Below are positions 48,466 through 60,501 of a DNA stretch of 64,000 bases, piece after piece. Each line of letters opens with the position of its first letter. Positions within the stretch are counted from its first letter, which is position 1. The position numbers and the translations under genes are program-made. Location: NCBI GenBank assembly GCA_965112155.1, contig OZ218099.1; one strand, given 5' to 3'. This DNA comes from Podarcis liolepis. Lineage: Eukaryota. The notes beneath the pieces are model-generated. The model worked only from the letters and a program-made list of their open reading frames with translations, was not told the origin of the DNA and did no database searches.

Positions 48466-50294
48466 GACATTGTTTCTCCCATGTGTTCTGGCTTATTTAT
48501 GTGCTATCTCCATCCTGATTTTGCATTTGTCTGCATTGTAGATAGATGGCAAGCTTCAAACAGAAATTTCCTTGCGTTTGTCATTACGTATTTAAATCTT
48601 CCTGATGCCTCTTCGATTTCTCTGGAAGCAAATCACTCTATAATCTTAAACTTCTATCATCTCCTTACCTGCTCCTGGTTTTTAACTGGCCTTTAGTTCT
48701 GGGCAATGGATCACTTTTACTCCCATGTTCTGTCCAGAACCTTTTGGAGGGTGTGGCAGGGATTTTTCTAATTCGCACTGCAGCTGCAGTTTACTTACCC
48801 TTGTATTATCTCAACTGTGTCAATATATTGCCATTCTGACCTTTAACGTAGCCTACAAAAGCAGACAGAACTTGGGCTGAGTTGTCTGCTGTGATGAATA
48901 AGTAATTTGCAGCCTGCTAGGAGGAACTTCTGTGTAGCTGAAATCTCCCTGGGTTGAGGTCACAGGAAAGGGAACTATGGCTATTCTGGAGAACACATGA
49001 GCTCTTCTTCTTTGCAAATAATAATAATAATCCCCTAGCCACCAGCTATTTCAGTATTCTCATGTGATGAATAACCATGCATTCTTACGCAAAGCACAGT
49101 TATGCATTTATGGTAGGATTATTCATGCTTTTTATGTCTTTGGGTATCCTGCCTCTCCAAAATTACGAATGAGTGCACGCATGCTTCAGTAGTGATGTCC
49201 ATCTAAAAACCTACGCTTTGGGGCTAACTGTGCCATTGATTGAGGCCCCAAATAAGACAAAAGAAAGCAATACAGTACAGGTCTTGTTGCTTTCCCCTCA
49301 TTTTGTGCTTCACTGGTCCTGCTTGCTCAGCTCCTTGCAGCTGGGATGTCTTCGCACCTTTGGGGGAAAGACCCGTGCTCTACTGCTGCAGTGGAGAGAT
49401 GAAGGGTTTCAGCTTGGCTGAAAATTCTGACTCCCTAATTCTGCATATGTGATACGCTCTGCCTCTGCACAGGACCAGCCCCTCTCAGTTGCGCATATTC
49501 AACTGGGGTACAGTTGTCTTTTTATGCGTGTTAGCTAACTAAATTTATCTATCCCCTTTCCAAGTAGATCCTGGCCATCTTAAGATGAGATGAGGAGCCT
49601 TTTCTATATCAAAGGCTGCATTTCTTGCGGGCGATTTTAACTACCCGCATGCATTTAAACAGCCCTGGGCCCCCTCCAGGGTGCCACCTGGTGTCTCACA
49701 TGGCTGAAACATCTAACTTCCAAGCTATATAGTCTGGGTTAATCCCTGAGGTCCTTTGGAAGTTTGGGGGGGGGGTTGGAAGAGAAAGAAGAGTTTGAGC
49801 TTCCCTGAATCCGCTTCCGTACTCTGCAACTATTGCCCTGTAATGTGTTGACTCGTGAAAGTGCTATGAATTTCGTGGGCTAATGTAAAAGCCCATCACC
49901 CTCAGCAACTGCCCTGTATAGCGTTCTCTTGATCCTCAACCTTCGAGGATTCAATGCCAAACTGTCAGGAGCATCTCTTACAAAATGTTGCTTTAGAAAC
50001 CTTTAAAAAACCACTTCCCTAGACAGTTCAGCTGCTGCAATATCCTCTGCTTCTAATTTTGCACTGGTTGACCAGCTCACAATGAAAGCTGCAAGTGTGG
50101 TTTCTCCCTGATCGTGCTCCCAGTCTGGATTATTGTTCCCTTCTATATGGTTGGTGCCTGGCTTAGAAACACCATGATCTACAATAATCATGCTTTTTTG
50201 GAGTACTGTTGAAAGTTTCCATAACACCCTTTGATCTGCGGAAGAGGAGCAAGCAGGCTGGGCAAACAGCTTTTTTCCTACTGACAATGACACT

Positions 50295-50300
50295 TTTATT
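50295..50300 (-). terminator. Probable RDH5 polyadenylation signal
   Basis: AATAAA on the minus strand about 100 nt after the stop. Confidence 0.6.
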
Positions 50301-50396
50301 TCTTCATAGTTCTTGCGAAGAAATGTGGTCTGTCTGATTGACAGCTGGTTCACAGGCTTGGTCCTGGAGAGAGGCGAGGTGTGAGGTTCGGGGAGT

Positions 50397-50620
50397 CTAG
50401 CGAGCCCGATGGGCTGGCTTGGGTAGGATGGTAGCCAAAACAATGTCCACCATGAAGGCAGGTAGATAAGAGACTGGCAGCCACACAAACTTGGCATCCC
50501 AGCCAGCGCTATAGCGGGTGCGAGGGTATTTGGCCTGAAGGGCATGCTCCATGCAGTTGGTCACTTTGCTGAGGTCTGGGTCGCAGATGATGTTCATGAT
50601 GAACTTCTGGACTTTCAGGT
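50397..50620 (-). CDS. RDH5: RDH5 last coding exon ([20 protein letters not shown]...PKPAHRAR*)
   Basis: ctctcaacAG acceptor; ICDPDL.KV and PRTRYS.GWDAK motifs. Confidence 0.95.
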
Positions 50621-51046
50621 CTGTTGAGAGGCAAGTATAATTGCAGTCATCAAAAACACAAAGAGGGACCATTTTACGAACTGCCTGCCTGCTTACCTTT
50701 GCCTGCCCAGTGCATCCATCCTAATTACTATCTACCCTCTTCCTCCTCCTCACCCCTGGTTCCCCTGGTCTTGGACCTAGTACTTCAGATCGAAATCAGA
50801 ACTTTTATGCACATGCTTGGCATTTTTTAAAATTTGCATCTGTGTTGGAAGTCACATCTGCACAATCCTTTTTTTTTTTTGGAGTGTATGTAACCCTATG
50901 GCTCCAGAGTACTTTGATGGCTTTCGGAACATTGTTAAACTCAGAGGAACTAGTAACAGGCTCTGCGTGCATTACGAAACATGTATCTCGGATTGCACCA
51001 CGTGTTGGTTTTGCCCAGGGGACATGACCTCTTCTTATCTGAACAG

Positions 51047-51250
51047 AGGCACAGTGTGGTGTAACGGTTAAAAGTGTTTGACTGTGACCTGGGAGACCAG
51101 AGTTCGAATCCACACTCCTCCAAGAAGCTCAGTGGGTGACCATTCACTGTCTCTTGGCCTAATCTACTTCATGGGGTTGTTGTGAGGATAACATGGAGAT
51201 GGAAAAACCTTGAGCTCCTTAGTTGTGTGGGGAGGGGGGGTATAAGAATG
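51047..51250 (+). mobile_element. tRNA-derived CORE-type SINE (Squam3/MIR-like)
   Basis: A box TGGTGTAACGG, B box GTTCGAATCC, GGGTTGTTGTGAGGATAA core; related copies at 55390-55615 and about 59510-59640. Confidence 0.7.
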
Positions 51251-51757
51251 CAGTGAGGAAATTAAAAATGCAGTCACCTCTCTCCTGTGGCAGTTGATTT
51301 TCCCCTAATCCCATGCCTCTAAATAAGTGTACACCAAGGATTTGATCCTTTTATAAGCCCCATTATGAAACTGGCAGATGTCTTCATGCCTGAGCCGAGC
51401 TGCCCAGCTCCAGTCTTAGAAGGTGAAAGATTAGCTTGAGCTTAGAGTATGTGTCTTCCCTCCCTCCCACCTCAATATGAGAAGTTGTGCATGCCAAGAC
51501 ATTACCACCAAAGGAAGGATGGAGGAAGGGAACTCTGCAAGCGCCAGCAGTCCTAGCAAGTTGTAGTGTGGGTTTAGGGATCCAGCGCTAGCTCGTGTTG
51601 GGAGCCTCTACCAAGGAACTAAAGCACATACTTGAACCATGGAGAAACCATGGCAGGATTATGCTGCTTAGGAGCTGACAGATGAAAGATAAAAGTGATG
51701 GTTAAAAAGAAGAAGCTGAAACAGGGTTGGAATTTGCTGCAAGTAATTGGGTGTATA

Positions 51758-52116
51758 GGGACACGGGTGGCGCTGTGGGTTAAACCGCAGAGCCTAGGAC
51801 TTGCCGATCAGAAGGTCAGCGGTTCGAATCCCCACGATGGGGTGAGCTCCCGTTGCTTGGTCCATGCTCCTTCCAACCTAGCAGTTGGAAAGCACGAAGT
51901 GCAGGTAGATAAATAGGCACCGCTGTGGCGGGAAGGTAAACGGCGTTTCCGTGCGCTGCTCTGGTTCACCAGAAGCAGCTTAGTCATGCCGGCCACATGA
52001 CCCAGAAGCTGGATGAGCGCCGCTTTACATGACCCAGTAAAGCGAGATGAGAGCCGCAACCCCAGAGTCGGCCACGACTGGACCTAATGGTCAGGCGTCC
52101 CTTTACCTTTACTTTT
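51758..52116 (+). mobile_element. Sauria SINE (Squam1)
   Basis: Similar to the 20138 element, with a small internal duplication. Confidence 0.92.
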
Positions 52117-52263
52117 AATGAGGTGTAGGGGAGAAATAGTATGGATAGGAAAATTGGCCTTCCATGTGTTGTTGGACTCCATCCTCCATTAGTCCTGGCC
52201 GGCATGGCTGATAGTCTGGGTCTATGGGAGGTGTAGTTCAGCAGCTTCATGAGGGCCACAGGT

Positions 52264-52535
52264 TAGAATCATAGAATCTTAGAATTGGAAGGGACCCAAG
52301 GTCATCTAGTCCAACCCTCTTCAATGCAAGAATCTCAGCTAAAGCATCCATGACAGATGGCCATCCAGCCTCTGCTTAAAAACCTCCAAGCATTCTCCCT
52401 CTTCCATGTGACAGCTCTTAAGGCATTTGAAGATGGCTATTATATCTCCCCTCTGTCTCCTCTTTTCCAGGCTAAGCATACCCAGCTCCTTCAAGCGTTC
52501 CTCATAAGGCTTAGTTTCCAGACCCTTGATCATTT
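52264..52535 (-). mobile_element. CR1 LINE 3' end
   Basis: [32 protein letters not shown]1 ORF2 motif plus ATTCTATG-type tail. Confidence 0.9.
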
Positions 52536-52699
52536 TGGGTCTGGAAACTTAGGTTAGCCATTCTTGTGCTAGGGCTTGAATTAGGTTCTTGCTGCTCTGT
52601 GCCTGTTCTGTTCTTTTGTACAGCTAACGGCCCTGTATTTCAGAAACAAGATCTAACCTTGCTTTCCCTCCAGCAGTCAGTGGCTGCACTGGTACTCAC

Positions 52700-52863
52700 A
52701 GTTTGGAAAGAAGTCTTCACCATAGCTCTGCCGAGTCTCGGGGCTCAATCGGTCCCAGAGTAGCCTTAAGGAGGCTTCTATTGATTCAAGGTTGGTCACA
52801 GCCGTCTTGAAGAAGCCCGGCTCCACAATAGAGACCTTTACCCCAAAATGGTACATATCCCTC
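52700..52863 (-). CDS. RDH5: RDH5 coding exon 3 ([27 protein letters not shown]...)
   Basis: tttttAG acceptor, T|GTGAGT donor, 164 nt, phases compatible with neighbours. Confidence 0.95.
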
Positions 52864-54561
52864 CTAAAAAAGAGAAAAAAAGAGGAGTTTCATATTCCAT
52901 ACTCACCATTGCAAGGATTAGGAACACACTCCATGAGCTTGCCATGAAGGGGTTGAATAATAGCGAGACTGGAGACGCCAGTATGTTGCAATTTCAGCTG
53001 AATTTGGGCAAACCGCTTGAAGCATCCTTTGTGTAGAGCTATTTCCATTGCTTTTTGTTTGATTTGCTCATTGCAAACAGCTGAAAGTCTGTCAATTCTG
53101 ACAATAAACCTGATTTGCAATGGAGAGGGGTTGAATAAATTTGATTGCAACTGTAAAGGTAAACACAGCCTATATCAAGTGATCGTGAACATGTGTCTGT
53201 GTACATATGTCTTCCACCTTTTTTTACTGTCTGGGCTTCTACCTTTACTTTTTGCATAAAATAAGCTTAGGGCTCTTTATTTCTATTATGGGGGAAATGC
53301 AACTGCTGAACCTATTATTGTGCAGTGGCTAAAAGTACAGGATTGCTGCCAGCAAAAAAAAAAACTTGGCAACTCCAATGTTCGGCCAGCACAAAGAGGG
53401 AAGCTCAACACCCAAGCAGCTTCCTGTTGTGGGAAATCTGCCCCTCTGTGATGCCACACTTGACTTTTGTCATCAAAACAATTCCTTTTTCCTATATTAC
53501 TTTACGTCGCAGCTTAAAATAATTCGGAGCCCTAGCGTGATTGCACTGCTAGAACCTGGATGAAAACCTGGGTAAAAGCCATTATCAGTGAACCTTCTCC
53601 TTCCTGGCAATTGTAGCAGCTGTGGTATGGGAACACAAGATGGAAAAGGCGATGAAGAAGCCTCTTGCACCCTTCCATATCTAAAGATCCGCTTTTTAAA
53701 AAAAACTGATTTAATGTATACTGTATACTGCCACCTGTTATGTGATTTCACTCGTGCTCTCCTGTTAGGTTCTGGTTTAGCCCAGGGTGGTGATGCAGAG
53801 AATTGATACACTAATTAATTGGCAACCAGAACAGAAGATCGCTTCCACCTGTTTGGATGGGAGTGCCATGCTGAGACTCGCTGAACTGCAGGATGGGAAG
53901 AGACTGAATTGGCTTCCCCTAGGTTGAAGCTGCAGAGTGTGTAGAACGAGATCTGAAAAGGCATAGCTTGAGATTGGGCTTTGTCTCAGCATCTAGTTTC
54001 GAAGTGTGGAGGTCTGGAATTTATGCTGAGGACAGGCACCAAATGGACTGATGCATTGCCCAATTGCAGAAGTGTGAAATCCATGGGGTTCCATCCAACA
54101 TTAGTCACTCTAACAGTAGACCTGTTGAAAACCACTAATTTAAGCCCGTTAATTTCAAGCGGTCTACTCTGAGTAACACTTAGTTGGCTACAACCCATCC
54201 TTTCTAGATGTGGGACACTGACTGTGTTCAGATGTGATGCTAAATCCATGGCTCAGAATGAGCTACAACACATCAGAACTGGGCATTATCCTTCCAAAGG
54301 CAAATACTACTCCTTTCCCACCAGCAGGAGGAGCAGTTGATCTAAGGTGTTTCTCCCCTCTGGCAGTCCGGCTGCTGGCAAAATTCAGCTATAAAAGGAG
54401 CTTGAGGCTGAAGGAATTGTCAAAAGTTGTTGAGGTGGTTTTTTATTTTTTAAAAAAGGTTTTTGTTTTGACACTGCCGACATAGGTTGCCATACATCTG
54501 GATTTTCCTGGACTTTTTTCTTTCTTTGTCTATTTTCACCTGAACACTGCTTCCAGCTGCA

Positions 54562-54906
54562 GTAAAAAGGTAAAGGTAAAGGACCCCTGGACGGTTAAGT
54601 CCAGTCAAAGGCAACTATGGGGTTGTGGCGCTCATCTCGCTTTCAGTCCAAGGGAGCCAGCGTTTGTCCACAGACAGCTCTCCAGGTCATATGGCCAGCA
54701 TGACTAAACCACTTCTGGCACAACAGAACATTGTGACAGAAGCCAGAGCGCATGGAAACACCGTTTACCTTCCTGCCGCATAGGTACCTATTAACCTACT
54801 TGCACTGGTGTGCTTTCGATCTGCTAGGTTGGCAGGAGCTGGAACAGAGCAACGGGAGCTCACCCCGTCAAGGGGATCGAACCTCCAACCTTATGATCGG
54901 CAAGTC
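54562..54906 (-). mobile_element. Sauria SINE (Squam1), different subfamily
   Basis: (AAAGGT)n tail on + and reverse-complement SINE body. Confidence 0.88.
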
Positions 54907-55389
54907 AACTGCAGTATTCCGGCTATGTCTGCAAACTTCTAGGTGTATAGGGTGCCACAGAATTGAGCAGAACAGAAGGCAAGTGGTGCGGGTGCCAATT
55001 TTTTTGCCAGGCACAGGGCACTGCTGAAATATGAAAGACCAAAGTCCACCCCATATTAAAGAAGAGGGGGCTGGGCTAGCCCAGGACATGTTGTTGCTTG
55101 AGGGCAACAATCCCTATGGCCACTCTTTCTGCTCAGATCCAGGCCCACTCTCTTCTGCCATTTCCTCCCCTGCCATACCTGTGCTGCTGCACCCCCAAAC
55201 CCCCCACCCCCCGCCACTGTGCTGTGGTGGCGGGAGGCAAGGGCATGGAGAAGGTGGCAAGCAGCAGTACAAATTAGCTGCATGCTCCCTGGACCCGGCT
55301 CTGCCACCTGAAGCGACTGCCTTACTTTGCCTCATGAGTGGGCTGGCCCTGTGAGAGGATGTCTACTAGAATAAAGTAGGCTTACCATG

Positions 55390-55615
55390 GAGGGCAATGT
55401 AGAATCAGTGCCACACAGTTGTTAGGGTGTCAGGAAAGGGGACCTGGGAAGCCAGGGTTCAAATTCCCCTCCCTCAGCCCTGAAGGTCATTGGGTAATCT
55501 TGGTCTCTCAGCCTAACCAACCTTGCAGTGTTGTGGCAAGGATAAAATGGGAAAATGGGAGAATCATTTACATGAGCTTGAGCTCCTTGGAGGAAAAGTG
55601 GGATATAAATATAAA
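55390..55615 (+). mobile_element. tRNA-derived CORE-type SINE (Squam3/MIR-like)
   Basis: GGGTTCAAATTCCC B box, TGTTGTGGCAAGGATAAAATGG core, GATATAAAT end. Confidence 0.65.
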
Positions 55616-55763
55616 AGAGAGAGAGAATGTGAGGAAATGAGGAAAGCAGGAGGAAAAGGGATGGAAGAGAATACAAGGAAGCAAAGGGCTATGAGAATCA
55701 GATGTGGGAAACCTGACCGCAACTATGGGGTGAGCACAAGCAAAGCCCTACCTGTTCTCCTAC

Positions 55764-56022
55764 CTGAGGCTGTCGGAGAAGGCCTCAACGGTGTATTTGG
55801 AAACACAGTAGCCACCGCCATTGGCTGAGAGGCGACCCAAGACGCTGGAGGTGTTGACCACTCGGCCACGTGCCCGTTTGAGCAACGGTAGGAAGGCCAG
55901 AGATACCTCGATGACCCCAAAGGTGTTGACAGACATGACCTTGCGGTAATCCTCCACGCTCATCCATTCTGTGGGGCCAATGGGGTTGGCCACACCTGCG
56001 TTGTTCACCAGGCCAAAGAGCC
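55764..56022 (-). CDS. RDH5: RDH5 coding exon 2 ([11 protein letters not shown]...[15 protein letters not shown])
   Basis: NNAG and catalytic YxxxK (YCVSK); [10 protein letters not shown] is characteristic of RDH5; 259 nt. Confidence 0.96.
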
Positions 56023-56362
56023 CTGGAGAGGGAGAATTATTGGGGAGGAGGAAAAGGGACAGATCACACCTTGGCTTTATAGCATCCTGTGTTTTTCGCT
56101 GTGGGGAAAAAAAGATGCTACGCGAAGTTGCCTTATAATGAGTCAGACTGTTGTCTCAAATGACCTAGTACAGTGTACCGTGCTTGCCAGCGTCTCTCCC
56201 AAAATTTCAGGTGGAAATTCAGCCTTACTACCCCTTTTTAACGGGTGATATCAAAGATTAAGCCTGAGATGTTTTGTATGCAAAGGTTTATTATGGGGGA
56301 TAAAATGCTGAGTTGTTACCAACATCTTGTAGCCGAAGCTTAGAGATCTGGGTTTAAGAGTA

Positions 56363-56579
56363 TAGTCATACCTTGGATCTCGAATGCCTTGGCTCCCGAA
56401 CAAATCGGCTCCCGAACGATCGAAACCTGGAAGTGACTCTTCTGGTTTCCGAACAATTTTTGGAAGCCAAATGTCCGATGAGGCTTTCGCGGCTCAGAAG
56501 CCGTGCTTTGGTTTTCGAATGTTTTGGAAGTCGAACAGATTTTTGGTACGGATTCCATTTGACTTCCAAGGTATGAGAG
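56363..56579. mobile_element. Tc1/mariner MITE
   Basis: TIR remnants TCATACCTTGGA / TCCAAGGTATGA with TA flanks. Confidence 0.7.
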
Positions 56580-57163
56580 TATACATTATTCTATCTCACT
56601 TCCCTACCTGTAAAATGGGTATAATTGTGACCTATGTTGGGATCGCAATATAATGAGTACACCACACTGTAAATTAAAGCTAGTAATAATAAGCTGCAAC
56701 TCGAGCATTAATGAGCACATGTCGTGCATGCAGAACGACCTAGTTTCAGTCTCTAGGAGACTGGGGAAATACTCCTGTCTGAAACAATGAAAAGCCACTG
56801 CCAGCCATTGTTGACAGTATTGGGCTATCTGGATCAATGGTCCAATGGAGCAACAGCAGCAAAGCAGCAATTATACTAGCAGTTGTGCTGCTGTCTTAAT
56901 CCTTAAGCACACTGGTGCCCAGCCAGTTAAGCTGCCCTGTGTTTTTGAGTAACGCAGTCTCAAAACCCTGCTCTTTTCAAGAGCTTTTCCTGTTCTGGCT
57001 AGTACTGCATTGGCTGAAAGCTGCAGTTTTAGAAAGTTGACTTCAGTGTCCAGAACTTTGACTTTTCTCCTCCGTGTTTTCTGTAGAAGCACAACACACA
57101 CTCAGACCTGACTCACCCCACTGCCCCCCACCCTCCGGATCTCTACCGGGGCGAGAGACTCAC

Positions 57164-57479
57164 CTTTCTCTCCCACTTCACCTTTCACCCACTGCACGGC
57201 TTTAGAGATGCTCTCGGAGTTGGTGACGTCCAGCAGGATGGTGCGCAGGTTTGGCGAGCTGGACCGCTGCAGGTTATCAGCCCCCTTCTGGGTTAGGCAA
57301 CCTGCCAGCACCTGAAAGCCCTTCTTGTCCAGGCGCTTGGCCAGCATGTTCCCGAAACCCGTGTCGCAGCCTGTGATGAAGACATACTTGTCCTTGTAGG
57401 AGCTCAACGTCTGCCGGTCGCGCAAGAACCACACCACAATCCAGAGGATACTGAAGAGCAGCGCATAGCAACACAACAT
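57164..57479 (-). CDS. RDH5: RDH5 (11-cis retinol dehydrogenase) first coding exon (MLCCYALL...TGCDTGFG...GEK)
   Basis: Hydrophobic N-terminal anchor, LRDRQ.L, SDR TGxxxGxG; acceptor at 57500-57501, G|GTGAGT donor; spliced CDS is 963 nt (320 aa); convergent with CD63 as in mammals. Confidence 0.95.
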
Positions 57480-59366
57480 AGTAGAGTCTCGACGAAGACC
57501 TGCAGGGTAAGGGAAAATGGGCAAGGTGGGCTGAGCACAAGTAAGTGCTGAATTCTGCTTTTTGTTTTCAGGTCAACAAGGAAGATCCATCTGTCCTAAT
57601 CACATAGGCCAGGCTCTAGTGGGAAACCTGGTGTGTTCCTGGACTACATCTCCTATTACCCTACACCAGGGTTTCCAGTTGTGTGTGGTTTTTTTGGACT
57701 ACAGCTCCCATCATCCCTGACCACTGGATGATGGGAGTTGTAGTCCAACAGCTGGAGGCCCATGTTTGGGAAACCCTGTCCTAGATCATTGGCTGTACTG
57801 GAGGGCAGGAGATTCCCAATCCCTGAGAATCAGTAGGCTTCTGAATCTAGAACGAAGCTGTCTGTTGATATTGTTCTACTCTGCTGTTACCTAATCAGTC
57901 ACGTTAATCACTCTTGGGAGATTCTCAACCCTGGCCTTTGGCAGCTAAGGTATTTTGTTTTGTGAGGTCCACCTCTTTGGCTGAATTTATATCATTTTGT
58001 AATGGTTTAACTTGTTTTTTAAAATGTCGCTGTTTATCTGTTTTTATACAGGTATATACAGTAATGTTGTTACATAACCCATTCTTGGGCCTTATGGTGA
58101 AGGGCCAGTAAGAAATACATAGAATAGATTGTCCTTTCTATATTTTGAGGTAATAGGAAGAGATGATGAGGAAACAAACAAATGCTTTAATTAATCCTCA
58201 ACATATTTTAACCCATTTTAGGCTCTTCCAAAGAGGTAATTGTAAACGAACCAGCACACTAAGGGCCAAACTAAACGTAATGCTACATTTTTCACCTCAT
58301 GTGGCGAGTATTTTATTTTTTAAAAACAACAGCAAATAACTGGTACTGAGGCATCCTTGGTGGATTGGGAACATAATGTGGGAGGAAGGGAGATCTAATA
58401 ACACTTCCTCCTAAATGGAGGTGAGGGAACGTGACCTAACCAGGTCTAGGAATACAACTCTGTGATCTTCACCCCTCCATGCATTAACTAGCTTTAAGCT
58501 TGTTATTTATATTTGACAGCAGTTTCCCATGTGGTTTAGCTCTGAACTGGTCTGGAGGGTCGAGGGAAGACCATTCTGTGTGGCAAGCAGAAATGCTTAT
58601 GCTGATGGATTGATTGTATTCGTGTGACATTCAGTTGCACCCATTGTGCATGTAGTCTTAGGTTTCCTGTGGACATGATAAGTTACAGCATCTGGACGAA
58701 CTCTGCTCAACACAGAGATGGAGAAGCTACAAGTCTCAGGGGAGCCAGGGATTGGGAATCTTCCAGATCAAATCCTGCGACTTGCAGTGCTCTCATGAGG
58801 AGTCAGCCTTGTCCTTGTATATATATCACCACTTAACTCTCTGAGGTAGATGCAAGCAAACTCTCTCCAGAGGTATTGCATCTAGCGGGAGAATTTGGCA
58901 GTGCAGTCCAAGAGCAGGACCTGGTTGTTCTCACAGCTCTAAGCAGGGGCTCATACACACATTTTACGCCACACATTCCTCTACATCCTTCCTGCTCTAG
59001 CAATTGCCATGGCGACCTGCCCTAAACTAAGCCACAAGCCTGGGTGTGACTGAGATTAGATGGGATAACAACAGCAGCAGCAGGTTTCCAACTTCGTGTC
59101 TTAGTTCTTTGGACAAACATAGGCATAATGTAGGGTTGTACTCTTTTATGCAGATATATTTGAGGCACAGAGCAAAAACCTCTTAAGTTTTAAAACGGGC
59201 TAATTAATACAGACTCGTCGCAATAGAATATTAATATACTTTAAGCCGGGGGTCTATACAGTTGTTGCTAGACTACAAGTCCAGTCATCCCTGGCTGGAG
59301 CTGATGGGAGTGGAAGTCCAATAATATCCCTCCTTAGGTAATATTAACATGTCGTAGCGAATAGAG

Positions 59367-59502
59367 CAGGCATAGGCAAACTCGGCCCTCCAGATGTTTT
59401 GGGACTACAACTCCCATGATCCCTAGCTAACAGGACCAGTGGTCAGGGATGATGGGAATTGTAGTCTCAAAACATCTGGAGGGCCGAGTTTGCCTATGCC
59501 TG
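59367..59502. mobile_element. 136-bp palindromic hAT MITE inserted into the head of a CORE-type SINE
   Basis: Perfect TIRs; TSD gaatagag/gattagag. Confidence 0.9.
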
Positions 59503-60010
59503 GATTAGAGTCACCAGCTAGGACTGGGGTGTCCCAGGTGCAAATCCCTTTTCCGCCATGAAATTCACTGGGTGCCTTTGGGCTAGTAACACTCCCCAGT
59601 CCTTATCTACCTCACAGGGGTGTTGTGAGGAGTTTGTGTGTGTTTCCATGTCAGCCAAGCTCACCACCAGGCGCTCTGAAGTTGCTTCAAAAACCCAACT
59701 GTGTGAGGCTGGCTGGACCCACCTTTGTGGTAGACCCCTAATGGGTATGAAATTAATTCCTCCGTGGATTTCACCAACTGCCACACCATCACCAGCAACT
59801 GATTTATAATACTAAAATAAAAATCACCCAAACTATTCTTTCCAGCAATTACTAAACCACAGAATGTGTGTGCACATTTGGCCTCATACTTTACATGTCA
59901 TGTGGTTAAGCAACAACAGAAGCACAGGACCCTGCCATTCTTTACGTGCATACTTGTGGGAGAAGAGGGAGTTCTAAGCTGTGCTGGGAAACTTGTCAGC
60001 AAAGAAAGCT

Positions 60011-60501
60011 TGTTGTTGTTTAGTCGTGTCCGACTCTTCGTGACCCCATGGACCAGAGCACGCCAGGCACTTCTGTCTTCCACTGCCTCCTGCAGTTTGG
60101 TCAAACTCATGCTGGTAACTTCGAGAACACTATCCAACCATCTCGTCCTCTGTCGTCCCCTTCTCCGTGTGCCCTCAATCTTTCCCAGCATCAGGGTCTT
60201 TTCCAGGGAGTCTTCTCTTCTCATGAGGTGGCCAAAGTATTGGCGCCTCAGCTTCAGGATCTGTCCTTCCAGAGAGCACTCAGGGCTGATTTCCTTAAGA
60301 ATGGATCGGTTTGATCTTCTTGCAGTCCATGGGACTCTCAAGAGTCTCCTCCAGCACCATAATTCAAAAGCATCAATTCTTCAGCGATCAGCCTTCTTTA
60401 TGGTCCAGCTCTCACTTCCATACATCACTACTGGGAAAACCACGGCTTTAACTATACGGACCTTTGTTGGCAAGGTGATGTCTCTGCTTTTTAAGTTGCT
60501 G
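60011..60501 (-). mobile_element. BovB (RTE) LINE, 5'-truncated
   Basis: VPWTARRSNRSILKEISPECSLEG..EKTLMLGKIEG..HGVTKSRTRL, (CAA)n tail, TSD AAAGAAAGCT at 60001-60010 and 60502-60511. Confidence 0.95.

Noticed and set aside
50003-50545. 180-aa minus-strand ORF
   Set aside because: Alternative frame over the last RDH5 exon and 3'UTR, running past the poly(A) signal; no homology recognised.
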